Origin: Nitrospirota bacterium
GTDB taxonomy: Bacteria; Nitrospirota; UBA9217
Direction of reading: 5' to 3'
NCBI GenBank assembly: GCA_963740085.1
Contig: CAVUCU010000001.1
Location: 32,001 to 96,000 of the forward strand
DNA length: 64,000 nt
This document shows, piece by piece, positions 38,800 through 47,755 of the stretch. The notes under the pieces are model-generated. The model did no database searches, was not told where the DNA came from, and saw only the letters and a list, made by a program, of their open reading frames with translations. Position numbers and translations under genes: made by a program. Position 1 is the first letter of the stretch. Each line of letters opens with the position of its first letter.

Positions 38800-39774
38800 T
38801 TACCGGGAATTCTGAACCGCGCCGGGCAGGCTGCACAAGCCCGTCGAGTCGCACCGTTCACACTCGAGTTGGATGGTGCTGTGCAGGACCTTGAACTTAT
38901 CTGCAAGAAGGTCCCTGATCTTATCGAGCAGTTCCCTGCTCCCGCTTACGGGCTGGTCGTCGATGAGCACGTGAGCGCTCATCGCGTAAACGCCGGACGT
39001 GATGGTCCAGACGTGGATGTGATACGCCTCGCGGACACCCTTGATTTTTGCGAGCTCAGCCGCCACGGTCTCGATATTGATGTGGGACGGCACTGACTCG
39101 AGCAGTATATTTATTGATTCCTTCACGAGCGACCACGAGCCGTACATGATCACCAGCGATATCATGATGCTGAGTATCGGGTCGATCAGGTACCACCCCG
39201 TGTAAATGATGATGATCCCGCCGATGACCACGCCGACCGACGAAAGGGCGTCACCGACAATGTGAAGATAAGCGCCGCGTATATTCAGACTGCTATGGCT
39301 ATGTTTGAACAGGAATAGTGCGCCGACGATGTTCGCGACCAGTCCGATGATCGCGACAACCAGCATCAGCATTCCCTGGACCGGCTGCGGATGGACCATC
39401 CGCAGATAGGCATGATACATGATGTAGAACGAAATCAGGACCAGGATGATGCCGTTCACGAACGCGGCCAGGATCTCAAGACGGTAGAACCCAAAGGTCT
39501 TGCGATCGGTCGCCGGTAACGAGGCAAAGGTCATTGCAAAGAACGAGAGCAACAGGGCGAGGTTGTCGGTCAGCATATGACCGGCGTCCGAGAGCAGGGC
39601 AAGGCTGTTCGAAAGCAGTCCGCCGACAATCTCGGCGAACATCATCAGGAACGTGATGGAAAGAGCGATCAGGATACCTTTTTTTCCGCTTGCAGGCTTC
39701 TGATTCAGACCATGATCGTCGTCGTGTTCGTGACCATGTTCATGGGTATCGGTATGAGGATGGGTCATCGACAT
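38800..39774 (-). CDS. Cation diffusion facilitator (CzcD/ZitB-like Zn/Co exporter)
   Basis: His-rich N-terminus; SLALLSDAGHMLTD; LHIVGD; HIHVW; HSTIQLE. Confidence 0.95.
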   Translation of the reverse strand: MSMTHPHTDTHEHGHEHDDDHGLNQKPASGKKGILIALSITFLMMFAEIVGGLLSNSLALLSDAGHMLTDNLALLLSFFAMTFASLPATDRKTFGFYRLEILAAFVNGIILVLISFYIMYHAYLRMVHPQPVQGMLMLVVAIIGLVANIVGALFLFKHSHSSLNIRGAYLHIVGDALSSVGVVIGGIIIIYTGWYLIDPILSIMISLVIMYGSWSLVKESINILLESVPSHINIETVAAELAKIKGVREAYHIHVWTITSGVYAMSAHVLIDDQPVSGSRELLDKIRDLLADKFKVLHSTIQLECERCDSTGLCSLPGAVQNSR

Positions 39775-39927
39775 GGTGCTTACGCTCTCTTCAATTCATG
39801 CTCTCCGCATACAACGATAAATCCGCAACAGTGGCACTGAACACGGAACTTTCATTTTGAAATGAAAGGCGTTTTTCTCCGTGCACCGCCGTAACGCCGC
39901 AGTTACCTGCGGTCATTTTCGATATCA

Positions 39928-40761
39928 TCAACTTTTTGTCCAGAACCGCAGCTCCGGAATTGTTTCGATCACTCCGATTTCCGAGGCATAGGCGTAAAAA
40001 GCGCGAAGTCCTTTTTGCTCTTCTCTACCCAGGCCATAGCTGAAAGAATTCCAATACGATAAAAGCAGTTCCGCCGGGACTTCGAACCGTTTTGCCTCCG
40101 ATTGTGCCAGATCCCCCAGATGAGAGATGCCATATTCCTTGGACGCGATAAGTATATCATACAGCATGTCGAGCTCCCGTTCAATGTTCTTTTTGTAATT
40201 AACGTGCCAGAGCGCGAATACGAAGGGAAGGCCGGTGAATTCATGCCAGAGCTCTCCCAGGTCATAGCGATGGGGAAATTCCGGCAACGGTGTTTTCGTG
40301 AGCGCCAGATCGCCGATCGTGAGCATTGCATCTGCCTGATCCGAGGGGTCGTCAACACCCTGCTCATACTGGGTATATACCGGATTCATATTATGCTGGA
40401 CTTCCAGCAGAATACGCAGAAGCACCACCGAGGTTGCGGAGGCCGTGGTCATGGCAACGATCTTATCATTCAGTTCATCGATCGGCACCTTGCTTTCAAG
40501 AAGAATGCTCATGACCTTCTTCTTCGAGGTGATCGAAAGGGTCGGCAAAAGAAGATAGCGCCCCGGGTTCATGGCGTACTCGATGGACGAGGACGGCGAT
40601 ACATCGACCTTTCCCTCATAGAGCAGGCGGTTCAATTCCGTGGGAATGCCCTCCACCAGTTTGAACGGGAACGGGACCTGTCCCCTGACGATCGCGGCAT
40701 GGGGCGGGAAACAATTTGAGTAGACGATGTGGCCAAGTTTGAGCATATGATTAGTGATCAA
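39928..40761 (-). CDS. mqnA: Chorismate dehydratase MqnA (futalosine pathway)
   Basis: LGHIVYSNCFP, PTELN, SSIEY, SATSVVL, IGDLAL, DLGELW..FTGLPFVFALW. Confidence 0.9.
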   Translation of the reverse strand: MITNHMLKLGHIVYSNCFPPHAAIVRGQVPFPFKLVEGIPTELNRLLYEGKVDVSPSSSIEYAMNPGRYLLLPTLSITSKKKVMSILLESKVPIDELNDKIVAMTTASATSVVLLRILLEVQHNMNPVYTQYEQGVDDPSDQADAMLTIGDLALTKTPLPEFPHRYDLGELWHEFTGLPFVFALWHVNYKKNIERELDMLYDILIASKEYGISHLGDLAQSEAKRFEVPAELLLSYWNSFSYGLGREEQKGLRAFYAYASEIGVIETIPELRFWTKS

Positions 40762-40832
40762 CTCCTGATAGTCGTCCTCATTAAACGGAACGAATGTATG
40801 GCTTATGATTTATCGCGGTCATTCTTCGCACT

Positions 40833-43800
40833 TTATGCCTTTGCCTTTTTCTTCTTAAAGAAATTCTCCAGATCATCCACAAGCGTGTACACGACCGGAA
40901 TGACCACGAGCGTCAGCAGTGTCGAGGTGATGAGGCCGCCGATCACGGCAATGGCCATGGGTGCGCGCTGCTCGGCACCCTCGCCGATCTTGAGCGCCGT
41001 CGGCAGCATGCCGAAGACCATGGCCGCCGTAGTCATGATGATAGGCCGGAGCCGCACCGGACCAGCCTTCATGAGCGCTTCATCGCGCGACATGCCCCGG
41101 CTGCGAAGCGTTATCGTGTAATCCACGAGCAGAATGGCGTTCTTGGTAACCAGCCCCATCAACATAATGATGCCGATGAGGCTGAATATGCTGATACGTT
41201 CTCCCGTAATTAACAGCAGCCCCAGGGCGCCGACAAGGCTCACCGGGAGCGAGAACATGATGGTAAAGGGATGCACGAAGCTCTCGAACTGGGCAGCCAG
41301 GATCATATAGACCATGATGACGGCAATGACCAGTGCGAAGGCGATATTTTTGAACGCGTCAAGCATGACGTCCGCCATACCCACGAGCTTGAAGGACATG
41401 TCCGGCGACAGGTTCTTGTTGATGATCTGCTCGAGGTCATTGACCGCCGTGGCCATGGGCTTCGTCTTGCTGATGTTCGAGAATACCGCCGCGCCGCGCT
41501 GCCGGTTCATATGCATGATCACCGTGGGCCCGGTGCCGGTAGACTGCTCGGTAACATCCCGCAGTCTCACGAGCTCTCCCGTGGACGAGCGGACCTGCAG
41601 GACGCCGATGTCGTCAGGCTGGTCCCGCTCGGACTTGATAAGACGCGCCGTGATGTCGTAGCGCTCCCCTTCCTTCTCGTCCTTGTACTTGCCGACGATC
41701 TCACCGCCGATCATCGTATTGACCGTGGCGCCAATGGCTGCCGCGCTGACGCCGTAGTTGGCAGCCCGGTCACGATCGATGCGGAGTTTAACCTCCGGCT
41801 TGCCGATCTCGATGGACGTATCGGCGTCTACGATCCCCGGAACCTTCGCAAACTGGTCCTTGATTGCCATCGTCCTTTGGTTCAGTTCATCCAGATCCCG
41901 TCCCTGGATCATCACCTGGATGGGGACCGCCCGTAAACCACCGCCCACCATCGCTATCTCTTCTACGGAAGATTTGATCGCCTTTGCCGTGGACAGCTCG
42001 TCGCGCACCTGCTTCATCGAGTCGAGCTGAATGAGTTGCCGGTCCTTCCGTTCCTTCAGGTTGACATAGATCTTGCTTTTGTTACTTTCCGGGGCAAAAT
42101 CCGAACCAGTAACGTAGAAGGTGCTGGCGATCTCCTTGCGTTTCCTGAGCTGTTCGTCAACCTGCCGCATGACGGCATCGGCCCGTGGCAATGAATAATC
42201 GATGGGGGTTTCCAGGCGCACCAGGTAGCGTCCCTGGTCCGCAGCCGGCATGAATTCCTTGTCGATGATAACAAAAAGGGCAAGTCCGGCAATGACGCTT
42301 GCCAAGGCGAGCAGGATGGTCTTCCAGCGGTTCCGGAGCGCCAGGGCGAGAAGGGGCTTGTAGACGCTAAAAAGGGCATCGAATCCCCGCTCCAGGAACA
42401 TATAGACTTTTCCATGCTTCGGCCGGTAGCTCAAAAAACGCGACGACAACATGGGCGTCATGGTCAGCGACACAAACAGCGATATCAGGACCGCCACGGT
42501 TACCGTGATCCCGAATTCGTAAAAGAACTTGCCTATGATACCTTTCATGAACGCAACGGGCACGAATACGGCAACGATCGACATGGTGGTGGCCATGACC
42601 GCGAGCCCGATCTCCGACGCGCCTTCCCGTGCGGCCTCCATCGGGGCCTCCCCCTCCTCCATGCGGCGATAGATGTTCTCGAGCACCACGATGGCGTCAT
42701 CGATCAGGATGCCGATCGAGATCGACAGGCCGAGCATGGTCATCATGTTCAGGGTGAATCCCAAGGCATAGATGAATGCAAAGGTGGCGATAACGGAGGT
42801 CGGCAGCGCCACAGCGCTGATGAGAGTGCTCCGGATACTCCGGAGAAAGACGAAGATGATCAAAATAGCAAGCACCGCACCGAGCCAGAGCGAAACCTGG
42901 ACATCCTCGATAGACCGGCGAATGTAAACAGACTGGTCGAAGGTAATGTCAAGCTTGATCCCTTGGGGCGGTTTGACGGCGGCGACCGCAGCCTTGATGC
43001 GCTCGGCAACTGCCACGGTGTTCTCTCCGGACTGACGTTTTACCGACAGTCCCACCGCGGTCTTTCCGTTGAATCGGGTAATGGAGCGCTCTTCCTCGAG
43101 ACCGTCCTCGGCATAACCGATATCGCGGAGCTTGATGAGCTGTCCATGACGATATGACACCACCAGATCGTTGAACGCTTCCGGCGTTTCGAATTCACCC
43201 TTGGTCTTTACAATATATTCTATCCGCTGGTTCTCGATCTTGCCGCCGGGAACCTCTTTGTGCTCCGCGCCGAGCGCCTGCTTTACATCGTTTGACGTAA
43301 GCGCAAACGCATCCATTTTTTTTCGGTCAAGCCAGATCCGGACCTGCCGCGTGCGGCCGCCGTTTATGGTCACAGAACCCACGCCGGGTATCTTCTCGAT
43401 GTCACGCTTCAGGACCTTGTCCGCATAGTGGGTGAGGTCCTTGATGTTCCGGTCTCCCCACACAGCGATCAGGATGATCGGCTGGTCCTCGGGGCTGATC
43501 TTCTCGATCACCGGCGGATCCGTATCCTTGGGCAAGCGGTTCCGCACGGCCGCAACCTTATCGCGAACATCCTGGGCCGCCTGTTCCACATTGCGTTCGA
43601 GAAAGAACTCTACCGTGACAATGGAGTTTTCTTCCATGCTCCGTGAAGTGATGGTCTTGACACCGTTAATAGTATTCACGGCCTCTTCAATGACGTCCGT
43701 GACATCGACCTCCATGACCTCCGGGGAGGCGCCCACGAGCTTTGTCGTGATGTTCACGATCGGGAAGTCGACTTTGGGGAAGAGGTCCAGGGCCAGACGC

Positions 43801-43889
43801 GGCAGGGCGACAAGCCCGAACACAATGAGCGCCAGCGCAATCATGGTCATGAATACGGGACGTTTGATGGCTATTTCAGGAAGTCGCAC
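40833..43889 (-). CDS. RND efflux permease (AcrB/HAE1 family)
   Basis: [39 protein letters not shown]. Confidence 0.97.
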   Translation of the reverse strand: MRLPEIAIKRPVFMTMIALALIVFGLVALPRLALDLFPKVDFPIVNITTKLVGASPEVMEVDVTDVIEEAVNTINGVKTITSRSMEENSIVTVEFFLERNVEQAAQDVRDKVAAVRNRLPKDTDPPVIEKISPEDQPIILIAVWGDRNIKDLTHYADKVLKRDIEKIPGVGSVTINGGRTRQVRIWLDRKKMDAFALTSNDVKQALGAEHKEVPGGKIENQRIEYIVKTKGEFETPEAFNDLVVSYRHGQLIKLRDIGYAEDGLEEERSITRFNGKTAVGLSVKRQSGENTVAVAERIKAAVAAVKPPQGIKLDITFDQSVYIRRSIEDVQVSLWLGAVLAILIIFVFLRSIRSTLISAVALPTSVIATFAFIYALGFTLNMMTMLGLSISIGILIDDAIVVLENIYRRMEEGEAPMEAAREGASEIGLAVMATTMSIVAVFVPVAFMKGIIGKFFYEFGITVTVAVLISLFVSLTMTPMLSSRFLSYRPKHGKVYMFLERGFDALFSVYKPLLALALRNRWKTILLALASVIAGLALFVIIDKEFMPAADQGRYLVRLETPIDYSLPRADAVMRQVDEQLRKRKEIASTFYVTGSDFAPESNKSKIYVNLKERKDRQLIQLDSMKQVRDELSTAKAIKSSVEEIAMVGGGLRAVPIQVMIQGRDLDELNQRTMAIKDQFAKVPGIVDADTSIEIGKPEVKLRIDRDRAANYGVSAAAIGATVNTMIGGEIVGKYKDEKEGERYDITARLIKSERDQPDDIGVLQVRSSTGELVRLRDVTEQSTGTGPTVIMHMNRQRGAAVFSNISKTKPMATAVNDLEQIINKNLSPDMSFKLVGMADVMLDAFKNIAFALVIAVIMVYMILAAQFESFVHPFTIMFSLPVSLVGALGLLLITGERISIFSLIGIIMLMGLVTKNAILLVDYTITLRSRGMSRDEALMKAGPVRLRPIIMTTAAMVFGMLPTALKIGEGAEQRAPMAIAVIGGLITSTLLTLVVIPVVYTLVDDLENFFKKKKAKA

Positions 43890-43940
43890 GCTTAACCTCG
43901 TGTATTAAAACCAAAAAGGGATGAAAAAGCAAGTCTGTCC

Positions 43941-43981
43941 GCGTCCCTCATCCTGGTGAGCAAAGCGAACGGTCGTCCATA
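43941..43981 (-). repeat. Dispersed repeat copy 2
   Basis: Minus strand ATGGACGACCGTTCGCTTTGCTCAC. Confidence 0.7.
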
Positions 43982-43987
43982 ATCCGT

Positions 43988-45298
43988 TCACGGTTTTTCA
44001 ATATTCTTTCCCATCATACCGATGCTCTTCTTGAGCCTCAGGATCGCCACCTGACGGTCGTAGGTCGTGTTTATCAGTTCATGCTCCGCCATATTCAACG
44101 CCTGCTCGGCGTCGATGAGCGATAGACTCGGCGCCAGTCCTTCGGAAAACAATCCCTCTACGGCATCGAAATTTCCCTTCGCATACTCCATCTGGAGCTT
44201 TACCGTCTCCAGCACCGAGGTAACCGTCTGAAGATTTACATAAGCCTCATGCACGTCAGACTCAATGGATTTTCGCATAAAATCACTGGCAAATTCCGCC
44301 TGGCGGGCCTTGGACCGCGCCTCCGATACTTCGGCTTTCATCAGACCGCCCTCAAAAATCGGTATCTGGAGCCGGAGGCCGCCATAATAAGAAGTCGCGT
44401 CCGTAAAAATTGCGGGCCGCGAGTCCTGGTACTGTACACCGGCCTCGGCGTACAACTGAGGATAGTGGCCGCCTTGCACGATCGTGACATTTTCCGAGGC
44501 GATACCTGCGGTTATTTTCGATCCGGCGTAATCGTCCCTGTTTTGAAGGGCCAGGGCCTTGAGACTCTCAAGATCTTCAACAGGCTGGTCCAGCGCTCGG
44601 GGTTCGGTCAAGATCGCATCCACCGGAAGTTTAGTGAGAAGGCCTAATTTTTCCCTGATTATCTTGAGGCCGTCTTGAGCCCTCACGAGGTTGATACTGG
44701 CCTGGCTCACGAGTGCGTTGGCGCGCAGAAGGGCCGAGGCATTTGCCCTGGTCTTCCGCGTCGCTGCCTCACGCTCTGTCACCAGCTTGAAGTGCTCCAT
44801 GCGCTTGAGTGAATTCTTGCTGATCTCAATGGACCTTTGCGCCTTCAGTACACCGAAGTATGCTTCGGCCACCCGGATCAGGAGGTCCTGTTTGGCAACA
44901 GACAGCCCCTCCCTGCTCGATTCCCACATTTTCTTCGCGGTGCGGAGCGCTGCTAAAGTCCTGCCGCCGGTATAGAGCGGCTGGGTCAAGACCAGCGCTG
45001 CCTGGTATTGCTCCAGCGGCTGGAAGAGAAAGTCACCGCCTTCAGGAGGAAGGGTCTCGTTGAAACGTGTATACGCTGCCCGGGCAGTCAAGCGGGGGTA
45101 AAGATAGGTCCCTGCCTGGTCAACGATGTCTTCCGACTGCGACACTCCTTCTTCGGAGATCTTGATCTGTTCGTTTGTGCCGAGAGCGGACCGATAAGCG
45201 TCCTCAAGGGTATAGACCCTTTCCTCGCCAGATACCACCGTCGCGCTCAAGAGAAGTGTCATCAGCAGGGCGATCCCCGGCAAAGTCCTTCTTGTCAT
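43988..45298 (-). CDS. TolC family outer-membrane protein
   Basis: YTLEDAYRSAL, QPLYTGG, IPIFEGG. Confidence 0.9.
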   Translation of the reverse strand: MTRRTLPGIALLMTLLLSATVVSGEERVYTLEDAYRSALGTNEQIKISEEGVSQSEDIVDQAGTYLYPRLTARAAYTRFNETLPPEGGDFLFQPLEQYQAALVLTQPLYTGGRTLAALRTAKKMWESSREGLSVAKQDLLIRVAEAYFGVLKAQRSIEISKNSLKRMEHFKLVTEREAATRKTRANASALLRANALVSQASINLVRAQDGLKIIREKLGLLTKLPVDAILTEPRALDQPVEDLESLKALALQNRDDYAGSKITAGIASENVTIVQGGHYPQLYAEAGVQYQDSRPAIFTDATSYYGGLRLQIPIFEGGLMKAEVSEARSKARQAEFASDFMRKSIESDVHEAYVNLQTVTSVLETVKLQMEYAKGNFDAVEGLFSEGLAPSLSLIDAEQALNMAEHELINTTYDRQVAILRLKKSIGMMGKNIEKP

Positions 45299-46002
45299 GT
45301 TCGGACCCCTGTCTTTTGTTTCAGTTTTCGGGTGTTGTTCGGAACGCTCAACCCGCTGAAAAATATCTCGGTGACAAATGCGCCCAGTTTCTCTGATGAC
45401 AGATCCACCTTCTTTTTCTGTATGTAGGGGCTGATCGGGATATAGATGAAGCTGTGAATGATCATGCCGATCAAAGCGACCACTGCCATAAGCGGGTTCA
45501 TTTTCTTGAGTTCACCCGACTTCATGCCTGCCTTGAGGATTTTTACCAGCGTGGCGTGGTTTTTAGCGAAATAGTGTTGTGCTATCCATTTGAGGTTCTC
45601 GCTCTTTGTACCCGTTGTGGAGAATTCCATGGCGAGGATCTTCCGGAGATCTTCATTGTCATGCTGAAAACTGATGAAGCCTTTGATATATCTTTGGATC
45701 TTCTCGCGTGCCGGCGCCGTTCCTTGAAAGATCTCATGCCTCCAGATTTCCTGCATGGCATCAAAAGAATCTGACAGTACCGCGCGATACAGATCTACCT
45801 TGTCCTGAAAATAATAGTAGATCATGGCCTTATTGACCCGCGCGGCTTCGGCGACCTCACGGATCGAGGTCCCGGAAAAGCCCCTGAGCGCAAAGACCTT
45901 GCGCGCGGCAGCGAGGATATCGGCCCTCGTGTCCTCGTCACTTCCCGACAACTTCGGGCGGCGACCCACCGCTCTTTTTATTGTTCGTTGAGGTTTAGGC
46001 AT
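45295..46002 (-). CDS. TetR/AcrR family transcriptional regulator
   Basis: ILAAARKVFALRGFSGTSIREVAEAARVNKAMIYYYF. Confidence 0.95.
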   Translation of the reverse strand: MPKPQRTIKRAVGRRPKLSGSDEDTRADILAAARKVFALRGFSGTSIREVAEAARVNKAMIYYYFQDKVDLYRAVLSDSFDAMQEIWRHEIFQGTAPAREKIQRYIKGFISFQHDNEDLRKILAMEFSTTGTKSENLKWIAQHYFAKNHATLVKILKAGMKSGELKKMNPLMAVVALIGMIIHSFIYIPISPYIQKKKVDLSSEKLGAFVTEIFFSGLSVPNNTRKLKQKTGVRT

Positions 46003-46005
46003 ATT

Positions 46006-46065
46006 TTAACTAATCGGTTAATTAATTGGTTGTTCAGAATACATTAAGGAGGGCTTCTTTGTCAA
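46006..46065 (-). promoter_or_regulatory. Promoter and probable TetR operator
   Basis: TTGACA-18 nt-TATTCT (46065-46036); palindrome TTAAC-TAATCG-GTTAA (46006-46021) between promoter and ATG. Confidence 0.65.
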
Positions 46066-46116
46066 GGTATTTTGGCGTCCTGCAAGGGACTGCGATTGGC
46101 ACGAGACGTGAATATC

Positions 46117-46806
46117 CTACCAGAACCTTTCCATCGGTATCCATCCGTTGAATGCCATACCGCGGAGGAAGGTGCGAAGACCAAGGAGAACGATCAGGAC
46201 AGCGGCAGAGCGGTAGAGAGCGAGCTTCATGTGCGGCTGCAAACGGGTTATTAAAAAACCAAAAGACATCATGGCTGGTACGGTACTGAACCCGAATGTC
46301 CCCATGATCAACATCCCGGAGAAAAAACCGCCGCTTGCAGCAGCATTCATGAAGATCGGATAAAGCAGTCCGCAGGGAAGAAACCCGAGCAGCAGACCAA
46401 GCAGAAACGTACCCCACACGCTCTCGAGCGCGAGTATTGTGTGAAGCAAATTACGGAACGCAGAGGTCCTGGTTATCCCGGTTTCTTCAAAGATGCCCCT
46501 CTTCCCGAGGATCCCGGCGATATTCAAACCCATCAGTACCATGAATGAGCCCGCGATCAGCAGTACCGCTCCGGGGATACCGCGGTGTTCGCCGATGTAG
46601 GCGACAAAGGAGCCGATATATCCGAGAATTCCGCCCAGAAGGGAGTAGGTTGTTATTCTGCCGAGGTTATAAAGGATATGATAAGGCAAGGTCGGTTGCG
46701 CCGTCGGCTTTTTGAGCGAATACATAGCCACAAAACCGCCGCACATGCCGATGCAATGCATGCTTCCGAGGAGGCCGATGAAAAAGATTTCTATGACATT
46801 GGTCAT
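46117..46806 (-). CDS. DsbD_2/TauE-like membrane protein (cbb3 maturation-associated)
   Basis: GSMHCIGMCGG, YNLGR, GFLPCGLLY. Confidence 0.9.
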   Translation of the reverse strand: MTNVIEIFFIGLLGSMHCIGMCGGFVAMYSLKKPTAQPTLPYHILYNLGRITTYSLLGGILGYIGSFVAYIGEHRGIPGAVLLIAGSFMVLMGLNIAGILGKRGIFEETGITRTSAFRNLLHTILALESVWGTFLLGLLLGFLPCGLLYPIFMNAAASGGFFSGMLIMGTFGFSTVPAMMSFGFLITRLQPHMKLALYRSAAVLIVLLGLRTFLRGMAFNGWIPMERFW

Positions 46807-46836
46807 GATTTGCCCAGCATCCTGATCAGGCGTAAA

Positions 46837-47448
46837 TCAGGTGGAAGTGTATGGACAGCCACCGTGATAAATCGGCCCCCCCGCGGTCACGTATTCCTGG
46901 AGGACCGTCACGGCATCCTTACGGAGCACGTCGCGCAACACCGCGATGCCTCGTTCGTTGAGCGATGAAACCCAGTCATCCATCTTTGGTCCTTCATCGA
47001 AGCCAATGGCCAGTGCATCCTCTTCACGCGCCCCGCACACGAGCCTTCTCACGCCGGACCAGGGGATGGCTCCAAAGCACATTGCGCATGGTTCCGTCGT
47101 AGCAAAAAGATCATAGTGCAACTTTCCGCCATCACTCAGATCATACCTGCCAAGGACCTGTTGCGCGATTGCCAGCGCTACGATCTCAGCGTGGAGAACC
47201 GAACAATTTGAAGATATAACCATATTGACACCCGGAGCGATCAGGCGCCCATCGTTGTCGAACACCGCGGCAGCGAACGGACCTCCGGTTGCGCGATGGA
47301 CATTCTGGTGTGAAAGTTCTAGAACGAACCGCATCCTGTCCTCCACTCCCGGGAAAACCTCAGGCGATTCGGACAAAAAGTGTTCCACCCATTCGGGTAA
47401 ATGGATATTGATTCCCGGTAGTTTCATTTCAGTACTCCTGGAATGCAC
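46837..47448 (-). CDS. Zn-dependent nucleoside/nucleobase deaminase
   Basis: GGPFAA, HAEIVA, EPCAMCFGAI, GFDEG. Confidence 0.9.
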   Translation of the reverse strand: MHSRSTEMKLPGINIHLPEWVEHFLSESPEVFPGVEDRMRFVLELSHQNVHRATGGPFAAAVFDNDGRLIAPGVNMVISSNCSVLHAEIVALAIAQQVLGRYDLSDGGKLHYDLFATTEPCAMCFGAIPWSGVRRLVCGAREEDALAIGFDEGPKMDDWVSSLNERGIAVLRDVLRKDAVTVLQEYVTAGGPIYHGGCPYTST

Positions 47449-47478
47449 GGCTTCTCTCGCCGGTCGTCACACCGGTCC

Positions 47479-47622
47479 TCAGCTGTCATCATCCAACATG
47501 CGGTGCTTCGGACGTTCTATGTCGTCGAACTGGCCGGTCTTGGCCGCCCAGAGGAAAAGGAACCATGCGGCGAGGCCGATGAAGAACATGAGGATGATGA
47601 GTGCAATGATGGTCCAAAGCAT
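47479..47622 (-). CDS. ccoS: cbb3 oxidase maturation protein CcoS (47 aa, below the ORF-track cutoff)
   Basis: MLWTIIALIILMFFIGLAAWFLFLWAAKTGQFDDIERPKHRMLDDDS; GAGG RBS. Confidence 0.92.
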   Translation of the reverse strand: MLWTIIALIILMFFIGLAAWFLFLWAAKTGQFDDIERPKHRMLDDDS

Positions 47623-47755
47623 AATATTTTATTCCTCTTTTTCAGATTTCTACTGTCTCCTTCACCTCGGTCCTCTCCTGTCAAGAGAGTTTATGTTGAA
47701 GAGGAATCCAGAAAGCAGTCCATCACGCGAAGGCCGAGGTTCCGGGAGGGGATAT

